DNA from: Armatimonadia bacterium
GTDB taxonomy: Bacteria > Armatimonadota > Zipacnadia > Zipacnadales > UBA11051
Direction of reading: 5' to 3'
Length of the DNA stretch: 41,323 bases
Assembly (NCBI GenBank): GCA_039683575.1
Contig: JBDKRC010000143.1
Coordinates: 1-41,323 of the forward strand
Position numbers and translations under genes: made by a program. Below the pieces are notes generated by a model, which was not told the DNA's origin, ran no database searches, and saw only the letters and a program-made list of their open reading frames with translations. Positions within the stretch are counted from its first letter, which is position 1. The number at the start of each line of letters is the position of its first letter. Below, in pieces: positions 17,964 to 25,837 of this stretch.

Positions 17964-18746
17964 ATGAACGTCTACATCTGCACGGACTTTGAGGGTATTA
18001 CCGGCGTTACGATGTGGGAGCAGGTGCACCCGAAGCACGGGGCAGCTTATGAGGACGCCCAACGGCTCTTCATGAGCGACATCAACGCGGCCATTGAGGG
18101 GTGCTTTGAGGGCGGGGCGACGCGTGTGGTCGTACTGGATGGGCACGGCTGGCCGATGAATGTGGTGCCGGAACTGATGCACCCGAAGGGCGAGTTCATC
18201 ACCGGCTCCGGGGTGCCGCGCGGCTGGTGCCTGGACCAGGGCTTTGACGTGGGGATGCAGGTGGGCTGCCACGCCATGAACCGCACCTCGGACGGCGTTT
18301 TGTACCATACCCAGAACCACCTCAACGACTCGCGGTACTGGTACAACGACCGCGAGTGCGGGGAGATTGCGCAGATGGCGCTGTGCATGGGGCATTTTGG
18401 GATTCCGCAGGTCATGGTAACCGGTGACGTTGCGGCCTGCCGGGAGGCGCGGGAGTTCTTTGGGCCGGACCTGGTGACTGTGGCGGTCAAGGAAGGGTAC
18501 GGCCGCAACTGCTCCAAGATGCTGGGGCCGGAGGAGACTGCGGAGATGATCCGCGAGGGCGCCCGGAAAGCCATGGGCCTCGTCGGCAAGGCTAAGCCCT
18601 TCACCATGGAACTGCCCTTGCGCGCCAAACTGGAGCGGCTTGCGGAGCCTGTGGAGGACTACACGCCGCTCGAACAGATTGTGGCGCTGCCGCATGTGAC
18701 GCACGAGGGTGCTTGCGCGACGCAACTTGACGTGTATGGATTCTAG
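17964..18746 (+). CDS. M55 family D-aminopeptidase (DppA-like), paralog 1
   Basis: YICTDFEGITG, LDGHG, VGCHA, LYHT, CGEI, VMVTGD..AC.EA, VAVKEG.GR. Confidence 0.9.
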   Translation: MNVYICTDFEGITGVTMWEQVHPKHGAAYEDAQRLFMSDINAAIEGCFEGGATRVVVLDGHGWPMNVVPELMHPKGEFITGSGVPRGWCLDQGFDVGMQVGCHAMNRTSDGVLYHTQNHLNDSRYWYNDRECGEIAQMALCMGHFGIPQVMVTGDVAACREAREFFGPDLVTVAVKEGYGRNCSKMLGPEETAEMIREGARKAMGLVGKAKPFTMELPLRAKLERLAEPVEDYTPLEQIVALPHVTHEGACATQLDVYGF

Positions 18747-18764
18747 GGGTGCGGCTTACGGCGA

Positions 18765-18990
18765 GCGGCGAAAACGGGGAACGGAAAACAGAAAACAGTT
18801 CGGAGGGGCTGTCGCCCCTTCGGGGCTCAAGGTGATTTGGGGCGGGAACCAGGGCCTTGCGGCCCTGGCTAGAGGCCGGACGGCCCTTCGGGCCTGACGG
18901 CAACGGCAACGGCATGCGGGCAGGATGCCCGCGCACCTACGGCAACGGCATGCGGGCAGGGATGCCCGCGCTCCACACGGCAACGGCAAT
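18765..18990. repeat. Mixed intergenic repeats: heptamers, triple-hairpin element, ACGGCA repeats and two GCGGGCAGG(G)ATGCCCGCG REPs
   Basis: CGCCCCTTCGGGGCT (18813), CCAGGGCCTTGCGGCCCTGG (18849), CGGCCCTTCGGGCCT (18881); REP copies at about 18916 and 18952. Confidence 0.8.
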
Positions 18991-19029
18991 AGACCGGGCT
19001 AAACGGCGTTACGGGAGTAGGATCGGCTC

Positions 19030-19830
19030 ATGAAGGTTTATATCTGCACAGACCTCGAAGGCATCAGCGGCATCACGCTCTTTGCGCAGACTCGTGAGGA
19101 TGGGCCGGCCTATGAGCGGGCGCGGTCTCTGCTGATGGGGGATGTCAATGCGGCGGTGCAGGGGTGTCTCGACGGCGGGGCCAGCGTGGTGCGCATCCTG
19201 GACGGCCATGGGCATCCGTTGAACTTCGTGCCCGAGGAGATGCACCCAGGCGCGGAGTACATCGCGGGGAAAGGCTTTCCCACTCTCGCGGTGGGAGTGG
19301 ACGAGACCTTTGACTGTGCGATGCTGATCGGCAGCCACGCCATGTGTAGGACGCCGGATGGGGTGCTCTATCATACGCAGAACTCGCGCATGGACTGCCG
19401 CTACTGGTATAATGGTGTGGAATCAGGCGAGATTGCCCAGGACGCAATGATCTATGGACACTTCGACATTCCGGTCGTGATGGTCAGCGCGGATACGGCG
19501 GGCTGCCGCGAGGCCACGCAATTCCTCGGGGAGAACGTCGTGACGGTGGCGGTGAAGGAAGGGTACGGGCGGGAGTGCTGCAAGATGCTGGCTCCGGCCC
19601 GGGCCCATGAGCTGATCCGTGAGGGGGCGGCTGAGGCGCTGAAGAGGATCAAGGAGTGCCGGCCGTACAAGGTTGAGACGCCACTGCGCGCGCGGCTGGA
19701 GCGGCTGGTTGAGCCGGCGCCGGAGGGGGCGACGGCGGAGGAGATAGACGCACTGCCGCATGTGGCGTTTGAGAAGACCTGTGAGAGCCAACTGGACATC
19801 TACGCGTTTCCGCCGGAGACGCAGGTGTAG
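19030..19830 (+). CDS. M55 family D-aminopeptidase (DppA-like), paralog 2
   Basis: YICTDLEGISG, LDGHG, IGSHA, LYHT, SGEI, VAVKEGYGR; collinear with paralog 1. Confidence 0.9.
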   Translation: MKVYICTDLEGISGITLFAQTREDGPAYERARSLLMGDVNAAVQGCLDGGASVVRILDGHGHPLNFVPEEMHPGAEYIAGKGFPTLAVGVDETFDCAMLIGSHAMCRTPDGVLYHTQNSRMDCRYWYNGVESGEIAQDAMIYGHFDIPVVMVSADTAGCREATQFLGENVVTVAVKEGYGRECCKMLAPARAHELIREGAAEALKRIKECRPYKVETPLRARLERLVEPAPEGATAEEIDALPHVAFEKTCESQLDIYAFPPETQV

Positions 19831-19895
19831 AAAGGCCCCACGGGTCGGGCTCTCGAGAGCCCTCCCACAGAGTCTGAGGGCCGGAGGCTCTACCC

Positions 19896-20567
19896 ATGCA
19901 CCGCCTCCCCAAACCATGGCTCTTTCGCCTGCAGGGCGCCGGCCTTATGCTGCTGCTGGTGCTGGTCGTGGCGGTGTTGTACTTCAACCCCGGCGTCGCG
20001 GGGTGGCTGACTTATGTCGGATATCAGGGCAAGACGTTTGGCCCTGCCCCTCGGAATTCCAGGCCTGTATACCCCCGCAACGATGTCCCCGGAGTCACGA
20101 ACTTCGCCATAGTGTCGCGCAATCTGTACCGTGGCGCCGCCGCCGACGCGCTTGGGTTTCGGACCCTGAAGCTCATGGGCGTCAAGACGGTGGTGGACTT
20201 GCGGCAGTTCCATAGCGACCTGCCGCTCTTGAAGGGCACAGGTCTGCAGTACTACTACCTGCCAGCGAACCCCTCGGAGATAGATGACGACGAGGTGGCG
20301 CAGTTCCTGCGGATCGTGCGTAACCCGGATAACCAGCCGGTGTTCGTACACTGCACGGCGGGGTCAGATCGGACGGGGGTGATGGTCGCGATCTACCGCG
20401 TGATGGACGAGGAGTGGCCAGTTGAGGCGGCAGCGCAGGAGTTGCCGATCTTCGGCTTCCACAAGGTATTCCAACCCCTGCTTCAGTATCTCAGCGAGCT
20501 GGACCGCGCCCACTTGAACGCGCTGAGCGCGTCAATTCCGCCGCCGAAGGTTCTGCTGGTGAAATAG
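19896..20567 (+). CDS. Membrane-anchored or secreted protein tyrosine/dual-specificity phosphatase family protein
   Basis: CX5R motif VFVHCTAGSDRTG; NF..VS..LYRGA, GVKTVVDLR; N-terminal hydrophobic segment. The start could be about 50 nt downstream. Confidence 0.85.
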   Translation: MHRLPKPWLFRLQGAGLMLLLVLVVAVLYFNPGVAGWLTYVGYQGKTFGPAPRNSRPVYPRNDVPGVTNFAIVSRNLYRGAAADALGFRTLKLMGVKTVVDLRQFHSDLPLLKGTGLQYYYLPANPSEIDDDEVAQFLRIVRNPDNQPVFVHCTAGSDRTGVMVAIYRVMDEEWPVEAAAQELPIFGFHKVFQPLLQYLSELDRAHLNALSASIPPPKVLLVK

Positions 20568-20671
20568 CCGGCCGGATGAGAGCGGATTGTTAGCCTGAGA
20601 CCTCCTGGGAAGGAGGTTTTCTGGCTTTGGTAGAACCTTCCGCCAGACAAATCCATTTGCCGGGAGGCCCG

Positions 20672-23600
20672 ATGATGCGACGCCTGCCGCTGCTCTTGCT
20701 TGCGCTGCTTTGCCCGCTGCTGGCTCACGCTGCCCCGAGCGTGTTCTGGGCTTCTGATCCGGTCCGGGCGGGCGAGACGGTGGTCGTGGTGGGGGACGGG
20801 CTGGCCGAGGCAAAGGTCACGGTGGCTCCCTATACCACCAAGGCGGGCACGGCGCGGGCGGTGCCGGTCATCCAGCCCTCAGACGGGTCGCTCAAGTTCG
20901 TAATCCCCGGCGACCTGAAGTCCAACCTCTTTCAGATGGAGATCGTGACGCCTTCCGGGAAGGTTGCACAGGTGCTCAACCGGCCGCAGGTGTGGTGGAC
21001 CCAGGGGTTCATGGGCAAGGTGGAGGGCGTGCCGGGGGAGCCGCTGCGGATTCTGGGCAAGAACCTGAAATTCGGGGTGCAGGGGACGGTGAAGCTGACC
21101 GGGCCGAAGGCGGTTACGCTGCGGTCAGTCGGGGACAGCTATTCGGTCTCGGTGGACCTGCCACGCGATTTGCCGGTGGGGCAGTATTCGCTGGTGGCTG
21201 ACAACGGCGTGGCGGGGGCGCCGGTGGCGGTGACAGTGCGGAAAGCAGTGCAGTGGCCGCAGGGCCGGTACGACGTGGTTCAGTATGGGGCGGATGGGCT
21301 GGGGCAGGCGGACAGCACGGAGGCGATTCGGCAGGCGATGGGGGCGGCAGCGGCCAAGGGCGGGGGCGTGGTGTACTTCCCGCGCGGGCGGTACATGGTG
21401 AGCGGGACGCTGGAGATCCCGCGCTTTGTGACGCTGCAGGGCGAGCAAGTGGGGGATGTGAACCTCGTCAACGTCTTTTGGCCGGACGCGAAGGACCCCC
21501 TGCCGGTGCAGATCAAGGGGACCAACTCGTTCGCCATCGAGAGCCTGACGTTCTATTGCGGCAACTACAGTAAGTTCCTGGTGGCGGATGACAAGCAGCC
21601 GGAGGCGGGGGACGTGCGGCTGGAGCATGTGATGGTGCGGGCGAACTGCTACCGCGGGCACATGACGGCGGATGAGGTGGACCGGCGGATGCGGACGGGC
21701 GGGGGGAACCAGCGGCCGCTCTTGACGATGGGTGGCAGGAATGTCTGCATCACGAATTGCGACCTTTTGTCCAGCGGAATGGCGTTCTGGTTCTCGCGGC
21801 TCCGCGGGGCGTATATCGCGAACAATATCTTCCACAACGGGCGGTGGGGATGGTACTCGTTTTCGGGCAATGATGGCGTGATTTTCGAGGGTAATCAGAT
21901 TACCGGCGGGGATTTGATGAGCACGGGCGGGGGGCTGAACTGCCTGGACGGCTCGACGTATTCGCAGCATGTGTACTATGCGCACAACAAGCTGTCGAAC
22001 ATGCTGGGTTGGGACCGGGAGGCCATGACCTCGGACGCGGGCGGGGGCGCGTACTTCGGGAAGGTGGCGAGTTCGACGCCGACGGTGGTGACGCTGGGTG
22101 GAGATACGACCGGAAACCGGGACTGGACGGGCGGGGGGATCTATATCCTCGACGGCAAGGGGAGCGGTCAGTACCGGCGGATCGCGGGGATGAAGGGGCG
22201 GGAGGTCACGGTGGGGGAGGCGTGGCAGGTGGCGCCGGATACGACCTCGACGGTGACGGTTTGTGCGTACCAGGGCCGGTGCCTGTTCATCGGCAACGAT
22301 TTTGCGGACAACGGGATTTCGCTGCAGTTCTATGGGAACGCGCTGGAGCACATTTGCGCGGAGAATACGTGCGCGCGGAGTGCGGGATACCATAGCTTTG
22401 GAATGCACTATTCCGGGGGATATCAGCCGAATTGGTACCTCCAGTGGCTGGATAACACGATTACCGAGGGGAACCTGTACTGGGGCGACCAGAACAACTG
22501 GCGGCTTTCGGGGGAGGGGCATATCGGGGTATATGCGTTCCCGCGGACGCCGAACTGGGTGACGCCGCTGACTTTGGGGACGACGGTACGGCGGAACAGG
22601 CTCCTGAATAATGCGCACATCATGCTGGGCAGTGAATGGCGGCCCGAGAGCATGGGGGTGAAGGGGCGGCATGTGCGGGACGTGGTGGTTGAGGGTAACC
22701 TGATCAAGCATGCGGACCTGGGGGTGTATGCGTTTCCAACGGCGGAGGGGGTTGTGATCAGGAACAATGAGTACGAGGACGTGCGGCGGCCGCTGGATGG
22801 GGCCGGGCTGGCGGGCGCGTGGGTGACGAGCGCGGAGCGGGCGGCGGCTTTGCGGATGACGATGCGGGCGCTGAGCGAGGACCTGGGGTTCAAGGGCGAT
22901 ATCGTCAAGCTGGCGAAGCTGGGACCAATGATGGAGACGCTGGAGAAGGCACCGGATGGTTCCACGGAGCAGGGGAAGGTCTATGGGCAGGCGCTGCGAG
23001 CGGTGCTGGCGGCGGTGGCGCAGGCGCGGCCGGAGGGGTTGCCCTTTGCGCAGGTGGCGCCACATCTGGGGATGAGCCTGCGGATGCCGTGGGAGACGGC
23101 GCTGCACCGGGACCTGCAGAACCGGCCGCAGGGAGGGCCCTCGCAGCTTGACGTGATCGTGACGGCGACGAACCTGGGTGAGCCGGTGATGGTGTCGGCG
23201 GAGGCGATGCTGCCGGAGGCGTGGCAGGCTAAGCCGAGCGAGGCGAAGGAGTTGACCGATCAGGCGCCGGTGACGCTGAGCATGCCGATGGTGGTGCCGG
23301 AGAAGGAATGGGCGGGGCATGAGGTGCCGGTGACGTTGAGTGTGAAGCTGGGGGAGGAGACGCTGCGGCTGCATGAGACGATACGGGCGGGCAGCGGGTA
23401 CATCCGCAAGTGGATGATGCTGGGGCCGTTTGCGAACAAAGGCGGGCAGGCGCTGGACCGGGCATTGTATCCGCCGGATGACGGGGTTGACCTGGCGGGT
23501 GAGTATGACGGGGCGACGGGGAGGATCAAGTGGCAGGCGTGGGAGAACGGGGACTGGATCAAGTTCAGGGACCTGTACAAGTATACGCAGCCGGGGACGG

Positions 23601-24133
23601 CGTATGCGGTGGCGTGTGTGAATTCGCCGAAGGAGATGGCGGCGGAGTTGCGGATGGGGGCATCGGGGGGAGTGGTGGCGACGGTGAACGGGGAAGTCGT
23701 ATTCATGGACGACAAGTCGCACCGGGCGGGGCCGGGGCAGATGAAGGCGCCGATCCGGCTGCGACAGGGCGACAATGTGATTATGCTCAAGCTGTCCACG
23801 AACATCGAGGAGTGGACGGCGATAGGCGAGGTGGGGCCGGCGCCGGATGGGGAGCCGCTGACCGGAGTGACGGTGGTGTCGCCGAAGGAGTTTGCAGGGC
23901 GGGCGTGTTTCGCGCCGCCGAAGCGCACGGAAGCCGGGGCGGAGGAGCCGAAGTATACCGGCGGGGTGAAGTGGCGGCTGATCCATGCGGACAGCTTCGA
24001 CCGGACGGCGCTGGGGGCGCGATGGCAGATTGGATCGGGGACGTGGAAGATCGAGCAAGGGGTGCTGCAGTCGTCGGGGACGGCGTTTTTGTGCTATGCG
24101 GAGAAGGTGGCAGCGCCGGTGCCGATCGAATAA
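20672..24133 (+). CDS. Large secreted pectate-lyase-like beta-helix protein, ending at a probable premature TAA
   Basis: Signal peptide MMRRLPLLLLALLCPLLAHA; YDVVQYGADG.G..DST.AI..A......GGGVVYFPRGRY (Pectate_lyase_3-type N-terminus); later W.MLGPF...YA...L.QGDN.I.LK domain; GGAGG RBS. Confidence 0.85.
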   Translation: MMRRLPLLLLALLCPLLAHAAPSVFWASDPVRAGETVVVVGDGLAEAKVTVAPYTTKAGTARAVPVIQPSDGSLKFVIPGDLKSNLFQMEIVTPSGKVAQVLNRPQVWWTQGFMGKVEGVPGEPLRILGKNLKFGVQGTVKLTGPKAVTLRSVGDSYSVSVDLPRDLPVGQYSLVADNGVAGAPVAVTVRKAVQWPQGRYDVVQYGADGLGQADSTEAIRQAMGAAAAKGGGVVYFPRGRYMVSGTLEIPRFVTLQGEQVGDVNLVNVFWPDAKDPLPVQIKGTNSFAIESLTFYCGNYSKFLVADDKQPEAGDVRLEHVMVRANCYRGHMTADEVDRRMRTGGGNQRPLLTMGGRNVCITNCDLLSSGMAFWFSRLRGAYIANNIFHNGRWGWYSFSGNDGVIFEGNQITGGDLMSTGGGLNCLDGSTYSQHVYYAHNKLSNMLGWDREAMTSDAGGGAYFGKVASSTPTVVTLGGDTTGNRDWTGGGIYILDGKGSGQYRRIAGMKGREVTVGEAWQVAPDTTSTVTVCAYQGRCLFIGNDFADNGISLQFYGNALEHICAENTCARSAGYHSFGMHYSGGYQPNWYLQWLDNTITEGNLYWGDQNNWRLSGEGHIGVYAFPRTPNWVTPLTLGTTVRRNRLLNNAHIMLGSEWRPESMGVKGRHVRDVVVEGNLIKHADLGVYAFPTAEGVVIRNNEYEDVRRPLDGAGLAGAWVTSAERAAALRMTMRALSEDLGFKGDIVKLAKLGPMMETLEKAPDGSTEQGKVYGQALRAVLAAVAQARPEGLPFAQVAPHLGMSLRMPWETALHRDLQNRPQGGPSQLDVIVTATNLGEPVMVSAEAMLPEAWQAKPSEAKELTDQAPVTLSMPMVVPEKEWAGHEVPVTLSVKLGEETLRLHETIRAGSGYIRKWMMLGPFANKGGQALDRALYPPDDGVDLAGEYDGATGRIKWQAWENGDWIKFRDLYKYTQPGTAYAVACVNSPKEMAAELRMGASGGVVATVNGEVVFMDDKSHRAGPGQMKAPIRLRQGDNVIMLKLSTNIEEWTAIGEVGPAPDGEPLTGVTVVSPKEFAGRACFAPPKRTEAGAEEPKYTGGVKWRLIHADSFDRTALGARWQIGSGTWKIEQGVLQSSGTAFLCYAEKVAAPVPIE

Positions 24134-24478
24134 GAGGCGCGGGCGATGGGGCAGCCGGGGGACTTGTCGGCGTGCTGGCTGAGCAAGCCGGACGATCATC
24201 AGTCGGGGGTGTTGTTCGGGTTTGGGAGCAATGGCAACACGCTGTGCAAGCTGGTGGTGAACGGGGAGCAGGTGGCGCAGGCGGATAAGCCGGTGGTGCA
24301 GCAGGGGAAGTGGCACCATGTCATTGCGCAGGTGCTGCCGGGGGGGAGGATGCAGTTGATTGTGGACGGGACGATGGCGCTGGATCAGGCAGGGGCGCCG
24401 GGGGAGGCGAAGTACCCGGGGATATGGTCGTGGGGGGCGAATGGGGAGTTTCGAAAGGTGCGGGTGTATGGGCTTTAA
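24134..24478 (+). pseudogene. In-frame continuation of the preceding gene (C-terminal LamG/concanavalin-like beta-sandwich)
   Basis: Same frame as 20672-24133: ...PVPIE*EARAMGQPGDLS...GKWHHV..Q.....MQLIVDG...FRKVRVY. Confidence 0.7.
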
Positions 24479-24517
24479 GGCAGAATCAGGGGACGGGCGG
24501 CGTGGGACAGGGCTCGC

Positions 24518-24607
24518 CGGGCTGGAAGCCCGGCTACATTGGCGCTATCTCGCGGCAGGATGCCGCTCGTACGGCCTCAGAAGAACGGCGGGATGCCGCT
24601 CGTACGA
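24518..24607. repeat. REP-like hairpins of the CGGC(T/A/G)GGA(A/T)GCCG-CTCGTAC family
   Basis: CGGGCTGGAAGCCCGGCTAC, GCGGCAGGATGCCGCTCGTAC, GGCGGGATGCCGCTCGTAC; related copies at about 9425 and 25685-25740. Confidence 0.75.
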
Positions 24608-24640
24608 CACAGCAAAGCGACAGTATTCGGAGGAGCCAAG

Positions 24641-25645
24641 ATGAAGAAGCAGCGGGAAGTCAGGGCGGCTTTGATTGGGTATGGCGGCGCGTTCAACATG
24701 GGGAGGCACCATAGCAACTCGATGGAGGCGACGGGGCGGATGCGGACGGTGGCGGTTTGTGACACCGACCCGGCGCGGTGTGCGATGGCCAAGGAGGAGC
24801 TGGGGGATGAGACGCAGACGTTCCGTAGCGTTGACGAGCTTCTGAAGTGGGGCGAGTTTGATCTGGCGATTGTGATCCTGCCGCACTTCCTGCATGCGCC
24901 GGTGGCGGTGCAGTGTCTGAAGGCGGGCAAGCATGTCATCACCGAGAAGCCGATGTGTGTGAGCGTGAAGGAAGCGACGCAGATGATTGACGCGGCGCGG
25001 GCGTCTAAGGTGATGCTGTCGGTGTTCCATAACCGGCGGTGGGACGGGGACTTTTTGGCGCTGCGGGAGATCGTGGAGAAGGGGCTCGTTGGCAACCTGT
25101 TTCATATTGAGATGTTCAGCGGTGGCTGGACGCCGCCGCGGGGTTGGTGGCGGGATGACAGGGAGATATCTGGAGGTCTCGGCTTCGACTGGGGTGCGCA
25201 CTTCATGTACTGGCTGCTGCAACTTGTACCTGCGCCGGTGGTGGATGTGATCGGGATCACGCAGAAGCTCGTCTGGCATGAGATTACCAACGAGGACCAC
25301 CTGCAGGCGATCATCCGGTTTGAGAATGGCGTAGTGGCGGACTTCCAGCAGTCATCAATCGCGCGGGTGCCGCGGGCGCGGTGGCGATTGCTGGGCGACA
25401 AGGGCGGAATCCTGTATGCGGGAGACCACTGGGTGGTGCAGACCGAGGTGCAGGGGATTGCGACGGAGATGAAGGTGCCGTTCCGGCAGGGCGAGCATGC
25501 CAAGTACTATGAGAACATCGCGGCGCATATTCTGGACGGGGCGGAGTTGACTGTGACGGCGGAGGATGCGCGGCGGGTGATTAGCGTGATAGAGACCGCG
25601 GGGCGGTCGGCGAAGAGCGGGAAGCCGGTGAAGGTGCCGTTCTAA
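24641..25645 (+). CDS. Gfo/Idh/MocA family oxidoreductase
   Basis: ALIGYGGAFNMG..H, GKHVITEKPM, VFHNRRWD.DF, GG...DWGAH; GGAGGAG RBS. Confidence 0.95.
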   Translation: MKKQREVRAALIGYGGAFNMGRHHSNSMEATGRMRTVAVCDTDPARCAMAKEELGDETQTFRSVDELLKWGEFDLAIVILPHFLHAPVAVQCLKAGKHVITEKPMCVSVKEATQMIDAARASKVMLSVFHNRRWDGDFLALREIVEKGLVGNLFHIEMFSGGWTPPRGWWRDDREISGGLGFDWGAHFMYWLLQLVPAPVVDVIGITQKLVWHEITNEDHLQAIIRFENGVVADFQQSSIARVPRARWRLLGDKGGILYAGDHWVVQTEVQGIATEMKVPFRQGEHAKYYENIAAHILDGAELTVTAEDARRVISVIETAGRSAKSGKPVKVPF

Positions 25646-25785
25646 GAGAGGCTTGACAGAGAGTGCCGGGTTGAGTTGCCCGCCCGGCTGGAAGCCGGGC
25701 TCTCTTGCCGATAGCTCGCGGCTGGAAGCCGCTCGTACGACAACTGAAGCGAACGCGGACACCAAGCGAACGCGAGTACCAAGAG

Positions 25786-25817
25786 AAAGGGGCGCACGGA
25801 ATTCCGTGCGCCCCTTT
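25786..25817. terminator. Bidirectional intrinsic terminator (perfect 32-bp palindrome)
   Basis: AAAGGGGCGCACGGAATTCCGTGCGCCCCTTT between convergent genes, with T-rich flanks on both strands. Confidence 0.8.
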
Positions 25818-25837
25818 GTTTTGGCTTGAGACGGCGG

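Noticed and set aside
24131..24133. Programmed stop-codon recoding (Sec/Pyl or alternative code)
   Set aside because: The codon is TAA, which terminates other genes in the window normally.
21125..24319. 1064-aa minus-strand ORF
   Set aside because: Antisense shadow of the beta-helix gene; Pro/Arg/His-rich with no domain motifs, explained by biased codon usage.
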